Assembly (NCBI GenBank): GCA_020891255.1
Contig: BQFW01000005.1
Location: 1,612,001 to 1,676,000 of the forward strand
Length of the DNA stretch: 64,000 bases
Direction: 5' to 3'
DNA from: Entomortierella parvispora E1425
Taxonomy: Eukaryota > Fungi > Mortierellomycota
How positions within the stretch are numbered: position 1 is the stretch's first letter; every line of letters begins with the position of its first letter. Of the stretch, positions 1-9,106 are shown in pieces. The notes under the pieces were generated by a model. It saw only the letters and a program-made list of their open reading frames with translations. It was not told where the DNA came from and searched no databases. Both the position numbers and the translations under genes were made by a program.

Positions 1-623
1 CTTGGGCCAGAGCAATCGCAAGTCTGGAACATCCGGGATACCCGCTTGTAAAAGGCTTGTGAATCAATAGTCCCCTGGAACACATGTCCATTACTGTATT
101 TGTATTGAGTCACAGATGCTGCGAAGCTGGGGACAACACGACTCATCCCATCGTGAATTTGACTCAGTGCTTGCGTGCTCTGCTTAGTTCCATCGACAGT
201 TCCAACTTCTTGCTGGCCTGATTTCATGGTTTCCTCGACGGTTTCCTTGCGCTGCCAACACCTTGTCCTGGCGCATGCATATGCACAAATTGCCAAACCA
301 CACATTGCAACCACTCCGAGCGCGCACCAAATCGACGCCACACAGACGGGACTGGCTGTGAATATGGGGCCCGCACAAGCCGTTATCGCGGCGGCTGCAT
401 CTCCGGCTGGATTCTGAACGGACGATGGAATTTCGGACCATCCCAACGGAGGAAGCATTTGAGCGTCATCCCAGGTGCCATAGCAGGTGAGTCCGGGAGC
501 GGCCATTGAGGTGTTTCAGTCCGACGTTTCAAAGTCATCCAGCGCTCTCGGCAGAGCAGCGGTGATGTTGAACAGGGTTGATGCAGGTAAGATTACCTTG
601 ATAATCAGAACTAATAACTTCAT
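1..623 (-). pseudogene. Putative secreted/membrane protein, interrupted by an in-frame TGA at 518-516; runs off the left edge
   Basis: Manual translation from ATG 623 gives MKLLVLIIKVILPASTLFNITAALPRALDDFETSD*. The same frame then stays open to base 1: NTSMAAPGLTCYGTWDDAQ...AAAAITACAGPIFTASPVCVASIWCALGVVAMCGLAICAYACA... It has a hydrophobic N-terminus, a long Cys-rich hydrophobic segment and TATATA at about 651-656. The ORF track omits it because there is no stop in the window. Confidence 0.45.
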
Positions 624-1448
624 AGATGTGTGCTTTGAAAGTGGGAGTGATATATAATACTGTAAGTATCCACCGAGGAAGAGGGGACACCTGCGAATCG
701 CAAGGAATGATTGTCTGGAGAGGTTTTTGGTTACCTTGTTGGATGAAGAGAAAGTTGATAGGGATTTTTTTTATTTTTTATTTTTTTTTTGGGAAGCGAT
801 TTCCTTCCCTATTTATGCAGTATTTGTATCCGAGAGGTTTTCGTCAATGAAATTCGAGCTCCAATACGATTGAATCCATATCATTTTCCGATGGCTAACA
901 AAGAGGCACGATCTCATGCGACGACTTTTCCATGTATCACAGGAAGGGCGCAATTCTTTCCGTCCAGAAAATCCAAGTCGTCTCTTGAAATTAGACAACC
1001 TATTCACCTCAACGCTTTGAACTACGCTAGAAATGATGGCTGTTAGAGACTGTATCGTATCGCCTGTCAACGTTACATATCCACTTCCCGGTAAACTCTC
1101 ATGAATTGCGCCCTACTCGCAAGTAGCGAAAATCAAAACAGAGACGCATTTAGTTGTGACCAAAAATGGAAGTCGCCTTGAGCATGCTGGAAGGATTTGA
1201 AGACCGTTGGGACTCATGACTGAACCAGTTGCGGTGTGGCATCAAGCATTTTCCTACCTTTTGCATATCCAGTCCATTAACCTATTATACTCCCACGCAC
1301 CGCGCCCAAGCATGGTCGCAAAATGTACACGCACAAACAAAAACGCATTCAGTTGTGACCAAAAATGTCAAGTCGTCTCTCCGATGAGCATGTTGGGGGG
1401 ATTTGAAGACCGCTGAGACCCATGACTGAACTAATAGTGGTGTGGTAT

Positions 1449-1928
1449 TGTCACGGTCGGACGGCAGAAACAGGATGATGGATGTGGAAAGGAATAAACT
1501 TTAATGTATACTGTGAGTTGGAGACTGGGGGACTATGACGTCGCGTGTATGGGTTTTATACTGGCAGGCGGGCGATTCCCTCATCGGTTATGAATGGTCC
1601 AGAGGAGAACGAGATAGAAGATAGAAGGCAGAGGTCGTTCTGGTCAAGGTAACCGAGTAAGAAACCATTGCGCGAGGATTGGAGGAAGATGTGTACATGG
1701 GCAGGGCTACATCCGAGGGCAGAGGCGGCAGGGGCATTGAGGTGACGAGAGAGATCATAGATGCAGCCAAGGTCAACTAGGCGTAGGCGAACAGGGATTG
1801 GTGTATGGGGATATTGGTCGGGGGTTTGAGGTGTTGGTCCAATGAGCCCTAGGCAGGGCACACTGGGAAAGGCGCGTTTTTTTTTTTTTTTTTTTTTTTT
1901 TACCGGGGAACAGTCTAGGTTCGCGACA
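1449..1928 (-). mobile_element. Solo LTR (Ty3/Gypsy-type), 480 bp
   Basis: TG...CA ends (tgtcacgg...tcgcgaca) with a perfect 5-bp target duplication GGTAT (1444-1448, 1929-1933). It interrupts a satellite monomer. Its end resembles the LTR end next to the chromodomain-integrase relic at 58594. Confidence 0.9.
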
Positions 1929-2362
1929 GGTATCGGCATTTTCCTACATGTTGCATACCTGTCCATTGAACCAAGCATACTCCCACGCACCGCGCCCGCT
2001 AAAAGCAATCGATTTTAATTCGACAAGCATGGTCGCACGCATAAACAAAAGCGCATTCAGTTGTGACCGAAAATGTCAAGTCGTCTCTCCGATGAGCATG
2101 TTGGAGGGATTTGAAGCCGGCTGAGACCCATGACTGAACTAGTTGCGGTGTGGCATCAACGTTTTCCTACCTTTTGCATATCCAGTCCATTGAACCAATT
2201 ATACTCCCACGCACCGCGCCCAAGCATGGTCGCAAAATATACACGCACAAACAAAGGCGCATGCAGTTGTGATCAAAAATGTCAAGTCGTCTCTCCGATG
2301 AGCATGTTGGAGGGATTTGAAGACGGCTGAGAGCCATGACTGAACTAATAGTGGTGTGATAT

Positions 2363-2843
2363 TGTCACGGTCGGACGGCAGAAACAGGATAATGGATGTG
2401 GAAAGGAATAAACTTTAATGTATACTGTGAGTTGGAGACTGGGGGACTATGACGTCGCGTGTATGGGTTTTATACTGGCAGGCGGGCGATTCCCTCATCG
2501 GTTATGAATGGTCCAGAGGAGAACGAGATAGAAGATAGAAGGCAGAGGTCGTTCTGGTCAAGGTAACCGAGTAAGAAACCATTGCGCGAGGATTGGAGGA
2601 AGATGTGTACATGGGCAGGGCTACATCCGAGGGCAGAGGCGGCAGGGGCATTGAGGTGACGAGAGAGATCATAGATGCAGCCAAGATCAACTAGGCGTAG
2701 GCGAACAGGGATTGGTGTATGGGGATATTGGTCGGGGGTTTGAGGTGTTGGTCCAATGAGCCCTAGGCAGGGCACACTGGGAAAGGCGCGTTTTTTTTTT
2801 TTTTTTTTTTTTTTTTACCGGGGAACAGTCTAGGTTCGCGACA
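2363..2843 (-). mobile_element. Solo LTR, second copy made by tandem duplication
   Basis: Near-identical to 1449-1928 and inserted at the same monomer position. Flanks are GATAT/GGTAT (one mismatch). Confidence 0.9.
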
Positions 2844-3380
2844 GGTATCGGCATTTTCCTACATGTTGCATACCTGTCCATTGAACCAAGCATACTCCCA
2901 CGCACCGCGCCCGCTAAAAGCAATCGATTTTAATTCGACAAGCATGGTCGCACGCATAAACAAAAGCGCATTCAGTTGTGACCGAAAATGTCAAGTCGTC
3001 TCTCCGATGAGCATGTTGGAGGGATTTGAAGCCGGCTGAGACCCATGACTGAACTAGTTGCGGTGTGGCATCAACGTTTTCCTACCTTTTGCATATCCTG
3101 TCCATTGAACCAATTATACTCCCACGCACCGCGCCCAAGCATGATCGCAAAATATACACGCACAAACAAAGGCGCATGCAGTTGTGATCAAAAATGTCAA
3201 GTCGTCTCTCCGATGAGCATGTTGGAGGGATTTGAAGACGGCTGAGAGCCATGACTAAACTAGTTGCGGTGTGGTATCAGCATTTTCCTACCTTTTGCAT
3301 ATCCAGTCCATTGAACCAATTATACTCCATCCTCCGTCCGGATTTAAAAGAATCAATACCCGAATGTGTTCATTGGAACT

Positions 3381-3388
3381 TATATAAA
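3381..3388 (+). promoter_or_regulatory. TATA box candidate
   Basis: TATATAAA about 65 bp upstream of ATG 3453. Confidence 0.5.
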
Positions 3389-3452
3389 GGGCGCTCCATC
3401 AGACATAATCCACCAATTAAACTACCGTGCCAGTCTGTCGTTGTCCATCCAA

Positions 3453-3725
3453 ATGAGAATATCTGTCCTCTTACTCGCAGTGGTCTTGCATCTCCAGGCT
3501 GCCTGTCATGCCGCCTACCCTCTATGTGAAGCCTTGTCGTTTTGCTTATGCGAGTTCACCGAGCATCGGCTGAGAGTGTCTCTATACGAATGTGATTACC
3601 AGCTGGACAAAATGAACCTATCGTGGGTCGATGAATTCAACTCTTACGTTACCGACCTGAATGGATTTCGAAATTGTCTTATGTGGAGTCCACTCCCACC
3701 AGAGAACAGCTGGTGTTCTGGCTAG
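3453..3725 (+). CDS. Small secreted Cys-rich protein (90 aa)
   Basis: MRISVLLLAVVLHLQAACHA is signal-peptide-like. The mature part has 6 Cys (LCEALSFCLC...YEC...FRNC...SWC). Intronless, with an upstream TATA. Confidence 0.7.
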   Translation: MRISVLLLAVVLHLQAACHAAYPLCEALSFCLCEFTEHRLRVSLYECDYQLDKMNLSWVDEFNSYVTDLNGFRNCLMWSPLPPENSWCSG

Positions 3726-4220
3726 TTGACACTTTAAAAATAGCTCCTAGCCATAACTTTTCCGCCCACCAACAATTTTTCATTTTACGCACAGGCCTCA
3801 CGGCATTAACCCGCCCTGTCATAAAAATAAAAATAAAATATGCTCAGACGGGAACATGGATGTTTTGCGTTTCCTTCTGTCTCTGCGTTCTTTTCTTAAT
3901 TGCGCACAGGAAGCGTGTGCGTTTGCTGGCTCAGGATTTTCAAGGATTTTGCAGTGGGAGTGCCGGGGGTGGAGTGGAGACAAGAGCTGAAGGGCCCGCT
4001 TGCTCAGTTGCTTTGCTTTATTGATTCTGGAATCTCGTTCAGTGCAACATCCGCCCATTTGTTGTTGCTGAGCATGCCAATCGTCCGCTAATTATGTTGA
4101 TTTTGCTCCATTTCGGAACAGCCCTTCTTGCAAGTATCTGATTGCACGTTGTGCTGGAACCTGTTCCTGTAGATGTGCAACCTGCTCTTGTCAAAATTGC
4201 TCCAGCCTTAAGAGGTTATC

Positions 4221-4411
4221 CTACTACTGCAACTACATTGCATCAGTAGGGTAAAACTAACCTGTCTCGCGACGGTCTAACCCAACTCACGTTCCCTGAG
4301 GATGAGCCATCTATCGCTTAGTGAATTCTGCTTCAATATGATAGAAAAAGCCGACATCGAAGGATCAAAAAGCAGCGTCGCTATGAACGCCTGGCTGCCG
4401 CAAGCCAGTTA
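4221..4411 (-). rRNA. Degenerate 28S (LSU) rRNA fragment, domain V region
   Basis: Reverse complement of conserved LSU sequence: catcagtagggtaaaactaacctgtctc-cgacggtcta...gccgacatcgaaggatcaaaaagc-gcgtcgctatgaacgc-tggctgcc-caagccagtta, with many substitutions. Confidence 0.9.
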
Positions 4412-4594
4412 ACCATCTGTGTTAGTCTTTTGTGCAACCTGTGGTTTTGCTCCTTAATTTTATTAACCTGCCCTTTTTTTAGACAGCCGTTCCTTTCTGC
4501 CCTGAATTTCATATTTTCTTCTAGCGTCCACTGCTTTTTGCCTTTCCCTTTTGTTCATCATCCTTCCCCTCTGTTTTTTTCCTGAGTCCACTGT

Positions 4595-4646
4595 TGTCTC
4601 CAGTAATGTCTCCAGTAATGTCTCCAGGATTGTCTCCAGTGTTGTC
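4595..4646. repeat. 12-bp minisatellite (tgtctccagtaa), about 4.3 copies
   Basis: Directly visible tandem units at 4595, 4607, 4619 and 4631. Confidence 0.85.
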
Positions 4647-4765
4647 CCTTGGTACTGTACTGTCTCTTCCTCTCCCCCTGCTTTCGATTCTCCACTCGTG
4701 CTGGTGTTGTCGTTGCAATGCGCAGGTGGGGATGCATTTTTTTTTGTAACAGTGACCTCGCTCCC

Positions 4766-4773
4766 TATATAAA
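4766..4773 (+). promoter_or_regulatory. TATA box candidate for the hydrophobin
   Basis: cTATATAAAgagg about 190 bp upstream of ATG 4963, the same motif as at 3381. Confidence 0.45.
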
Positions 4774-4962
4774 GAGGTTGTGCCAACCGAATTCTACTCG
4801 TACCAAGACACACCTAATCCTCTCCTCAAGACTTAATATTCACACAATACTCTCGGCCCCTCAAAGCAACTCCACGGAATTTCATATCCATTGTGACAAC
4901 ATAAAATCCCGAATCAAGAAGGATCCTCCTTTAGAGTCAGCCTCAAGATTAACTACCTAAAA

Positions 4963-5244
4963 ATGGCCTTCAAGATGATGATCATTTCCTTTGTCCTGTC
5001 AACCTTTCTGATTAACACCGTTGCCAGTCAAATGTGTCCACCGGGACTTTTGAACAGCAATCCTCAATGCTGCGCTACTGATGCGTCAGGACTTGCGGAC
5101 CTTGACTGCAACGAACCATCTAGAAGTCCCTCAGATGCTAAAGATTTTGCTAGCATATGTCACGAGGCAAATAGAGTAGCAATGTGCTGTGGGATCCCAT
5201 TAGCAGGACAGGCAGTAGTGTGTTCACCCGCTATCGGCGTGTAG
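4963..5244 (+). CDS. Class II hydrophobin (cerato-ulmin/HFB family), 93 aa, intronless
   Basis: Signal peptide plus 8 Cys spaced C-X10-CC-X11-C-X16-C-X8-CC-X10-C, the class II pattern. Motifs CPPGL..SNPQCCAT, GL.DLDC and AGQA..C match Trichoderma HFBI-type proteins as I recall them. Confidence 0.95.
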   Translation: MAFKMMIISFVLSTFLINTVASQMCPPGLLNSNPQCCATDASGLADLDCNEPSRSPSDAKDFASICHEANRVAMCCGIPLAGQAVVCSPAIGV

Positions 5245-5567
5245 CAGCTCCCACCCTCTGATAGAACACGGTTGACCATAGTGACATTATATCAGTAAAA
5301 TCAACTCTTCCTGCTTACCCCTGACCCTGTACCTGACCCTGGCCCTTGTTTGTAATTCAGAACTCATCTAGGCAATACCCGTGAGTATTGACACCATGTG
5401 TGCTGCTTGCATTTCTCAACGTTAAACATCATCACTTACTTCCTCTTTGACCCACACATGACAGGGTCATGAACGGGAGAGGCAGAGAAGGCAGAGTGGT
5501 AAAAGGGACTAGAGAGAAGACAGCTGTAAGGAGGTTTATATTATAATGACGACTAAAACTATGAAGT

Positions 5568-6241
5568 TCACGGAGCAGTCTGAACAGAAGCCACTGGGAT
5601 GCCACGGTACACGTTGAGATATGTGGTAGTTGAGTCTGGAGCTATGATGCCAACCGTAAAGCTATGAAAGGCCAATGTTGTCAGATGCAAGCAGTTTAAA
5701 ATCCTCTCTTCTCCCACTTTCCAGTCGCTCACAATTTACCTATCCGGCACGGTAGCGGAAGGAGAGGAGACGCTAACTGGTCTCAAGCGTGAGTCTTGCT
5801 CTAACGACAGGGCCTTGAAAGTTGCTTCCATCTTGGACATGGTCCATGGCTCTGAGACTTTGCACGGCATGATCAAGTAGATGTTCCCCTAGTGTGTGAT
5901 TGACTGTGAGTTAACGCGCCAGTCTAGAAGGTCCGCGCGTTTTTTTTTTTTTTTACATTGTCGGGATGTCTGCCGCGGATAAGACATCTGCCTAGAGATA
6001 AAGCTGGCAGAACTTCTAGATCTTCAAAATCTTTAGCTTCCGAAAGATCGAGATACACCTGAAAGAGCTGCTCGGCGTGCTCAGGGAACTGACGACATTG
6101 CTCGGCTACACATTGAAACTGGTGTAAATCATGACAATTGACAGAGAACAATAAAAAAGTCAATGGGATGTTCCTCATTCCTATATTCGTAGCAAGAACA
6201 GTGGGATGGAAACAAAGATGCACCTTGGGATGCTGCTCCAT
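5568..6241 (-). CDS. SEN15: tRNA-splicing endonuclease subunit Sen15 (4 exons)
   Basis: Spliced reading MEQHPK|FQCVAEQCRQFPEHAEQLFQVYLDLSEAKDFEDLEV...GRHPDN|GNIYLIMPCKVSEPWTMSKMEATF...PDS|FTVGIIAPDSTTTYLNVYRGIP* with GT-AG introns. The VYLDL and terminal DST motifs are typical of Sen15. Confidence 0.75.
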
Positions 6242-6440
6242 GAGCAAAGAAGAGTGGGTTTTTTGCATGCAAGCATTGCATGGCATGTTCTTTTTTTTTG
6301 CCACCGAAAATCCAAAAAACCCAGTGGTCACATGACCTTTTTTTGGTGGCTGAAAATGTTCAACGTGGGCCTTCCTCGACCGTGAGTCGCGACTTCATCT
6401 CTGCCCTCTCCACCGTTCAACGACGATACATCGACCTACC

Positions 6441-7085
6441 ATGACTCGCGCTACCGAGGCCGCTACATTCTTTGGCATCACTGCCACCTTATACCTCGCC
6501 CTGCTCTTCCAGTGGCTGCCCATCACTCTGCCCAAGACCGTCCAAGAATTCACTTTGCCTGTCGTAAGGAACATCTATTTTTTTTTTTTTTTTTTTTTTT
6601 TGGCTACTGGACGCAAGAACCATGGAGCTCTGGACAAACTCTGGGACATCATTGCGAGGACATTGCTGAGAACAACACCACCACCACTTTTACAAAGGAT
6701 ACCCATTTGGATGGAATGAAAGATGGACGGATGGATGGACGTTGATGTCCGCTCAGAAGATTCGCATGGGGAGTTAATAATCTAACACCATACAACATGT
6801 ACATACAACACAACTCTCTAGCTTCCTTGGTGGGCCTTGGTGACTTTTGGCGCTTACAGTCTTGGCAACATTGGCTACCATGTGTTGACCTTCCGCGATT
6901 GCCCTGAGGCCTACGATGAGCTCCAAGTGGTAAAACACTGTTGTGCAGAACCAACATGTATGAAATGTTTTGTTATTTGGACAGAGTGTAACTGACCGTC
7001 TATCCCTTTTCATCCCTTCATTCTCTTTTAGCAAATCTCGCAAGCACAGAACGATTTGAGGAGTAAGGGAGTGTCGATCAAGTAA
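6441..7085 (+). CDS. DPM3: Dolichol-phosphate mannosyltransferase subunit 3 (3 exons)
   Basis: MTRATEAATFFGITATLYLALLFQWLPITLPKTVQEFTLPV|LPWWALVTFGAYSLGNIGYHVLTFRDCPEAYDELQV|QISQAQNDLRSKGVSIK*. Canonical introns and the DPM3 motif LP...L..FG.YSL...G..V.TF.DC..A..EL..QI..A..DL..KG. Confidence 0.92.
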
Positions 7086-7398
7086 AGCGGGATCATCAAC
7101 AAGTAATGGCAGAAGTCCTCACTAGAATCAAAAGGACGGATATTGACCGGGCAATAGTCCCAATTGAATAAAAAAGCATATTATACCATACTATGGACAT
7201 TTTAACAGAATACCGCAGAGTGGCAGCCATAGTTGTTTTGCGCTGTATTTTCTGCAGCAACAGAGCCTCAGTGATCCAACTTTTCAGGTAGTATGTAGAA
7301 ATTTATAGAGGGACGCTTGAATAGGGGTTGAGTTGGTATGGGGTTTCATTTTTGCAGAGAATGTCATGCGCTTTTGGATCAAACTTCCCTTCCATCGT

Positions 7399-8019
7399 TT
7401 AGGCTGCCTTCTTCTCGACCTTTTTCTTGCTCTTGATCATGATCATGGACAAGAATGTAAGGATGACGGTCAAACCAAAGACCAAAAGGACGCAAGGGAT
7501 CCGGATGGCGTATTCGCGTGGGGGAAAGTAGGCGTGCAAGAAATATGTCTCGTCCACGAAGGGCTATAATCCAGCGAATAACATGACATGGAAGAAAGGG
7601 AACAGAGAGGTCTTTAGGATCATATATCTACATAGCACGAACATGCGAATCGTGTTTGATCCATTCGGACTTGCAACAGGTATTCCTTACCATGACGATA
7701 GCCCAAAGGGTATAGTATACAAAAACGATCGTGCTGAACGTCAGGAGGGACGCACCCACAACTTTATCCTGTCCGCTGGCCTAATAACGTTACGGAGATG
7801 TCAATGACGCGGTCAGCATCAACAGGTTCATGAGTTCCTCGCTAAGGATGGTTTGTCCTGTTTGGCTGCGATCGTCTTCCTGAATGCAGTGTTAATCATC
7901 TGCACCCGATGACTCGGGTGAATGTCCTCTGTCCACAGAATAACAGATGCCCTTGTCTCCTGTTCAGTGTTGTATCCAAGCATCGGTCCCTCGAGTCCAG
8001 CATCTCGACTCCATACCAT
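7399..8019 (-). CDS. DPM2: Dolichol-phosphate-mannose biosynthesis regulatory subunit (3 exons; exon 1 is the ATG only)
   Basis: ATG|gtatgg, then ASGQDKVVGASLLTFSTIVFVYYTLWAIVM|PFVDETYFLHAYFPPREYAIRIPCVLLVFGLTVILTFLSMIMIKSKKK*. Matches the DPM2 signature YYT.W....PFVD....LH.YF.PREYAI.IP. Confidence 0.92.
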
Positions 8020-8360
8020 TGTGATTGAGTTTTTGAAAGTGATGAACAAAGGTGAAGCGCCACGATGTCACTTTTGAGAGGAGCCTGCACAATTTCACGT
8101 GACCCTTTCTTAGTCACATGATGCATAACTTTTTTTTTTTTTTTTTTTTTTTTTTTCGCGTATCCTCCATTATTATGGTGGCATCTTTCTGGGCTGTAGG
8201 TCATTATTTATATGTTTTCGAAAGAGTTGGTACTGTTTCTTAGAGTTGGCGTCTCTTGTTCAATGGTTGTTAAGGCTAGGAGTTTACAGAAATGCTTGTT
8301 GAGGTCAGGGGTTTACAGAAAGGTGGGAAGCACGCAATGCAAAAAAAAAAAAAAAAAAGA

Positions 8361-8542
8361 AATCATGCTGAAAGAACGCATTCAGTCCAATTCGGGTTTA
8401 TTATTCTTATTTTCGGCTCTTTCGGCTGTCTCAGAGCCAAACAGAATGCAGATAAATAATTTTCGAGTCCGATTTCGCACATGACACCAATACTGTGCTC
8501 ACGCAAAAAATCATGCTGAAAGAGAACGCATTCTGTCCAATT
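8361..8542. repeat. Short direct duplication (~32 bp) in intergenic DNA
   Basis: aatcatgctgaaagaacgcattcagtccaatt at 8361-8392 and aatcatgctgaaagagaacgcattctgtccaatt at 8509-8542. Confidence 0.7.
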
Positions 8543-9106
8543 GGTTCCTTTGTTCCATTTTTGTTGGAGTCTGTGCTCGGAAGTTCTCTTTTACATTAGG
8601 GCAAGAAGCAATTGGCTACAAGCCCTGCGACGCCAAAAGCGAGGACAAAAGCCATGTTTACCGTGTGTTGATTCGGCCTCTTCCGCCTGCTCTCAACAAA
8701 GTGGACTTTATTGAACGCAGATCAGAAAAGATGAGGCGCAATCATTATTTCATTATTATTCCTTCAGGCCCTGGAGCGGATAAGAAAGATTAGATTAGTC
8801 ATTTTCACTGAACAGCGGCAAACAATCACGGACCGTCGCCGCCACTCTCTCTCTCATAAATAACCTTAACCCACCATCAATAAACAGCCTTCATTGCTCC
8901 TCTTTCACCGCTCCCACCTTGTTCACACTCTCCAGCCTTGACGTATTACATTGACCTTTGAAAAGTTCCACGGTATAGACCTGTGACAGAATGAGGAAGG
9001 GAATTGGTATTGGCCAATTACAAATACCAACAACTTACTCTCTTTAGTTCACTCAGCTTATTAGATATTCATATTTTAATATCACCACCTTCTCATATTT
9101 TCAACT

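Larger units (their letters stand above)
1100..3328. repeat. Tandem array of ~206-bp monomers (about 6.5 copies); two monomers carry a solo LTR
   Basis: Monomer start catgactgaac recurs at ATG 1216, 1422, 2130, 2336, 3045 and 3251. The blocks tactcccacgcaccgcgccc and aaaatgtcaagtcgtctctccgatgagcatgttgg are shared. A higher-order ~914-bp unit is repeated (1422-2335, 2336-3250). Confidence 0.95.

Noticed and set aside
1556-2923. 150/101/78/62-aa ORFs with poly-Lys
   Set aside because: They lie in or across the solo LTRs, and the poly-K comes from a homopolymer run.
3322-3340. tactccatcctccgtcc resembling a Stowaway TIR
   Set aside because: No partner inverted repeat found, and part of it is simply the end of the satellite monomer.
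4050-4200. Possible gag-like peptide on the minus strand (QEQVAHLQEQVP...AIRYLQEGL)
   Set aside because: Too short, bounded by stops, and with no other retroelement signal nearby.
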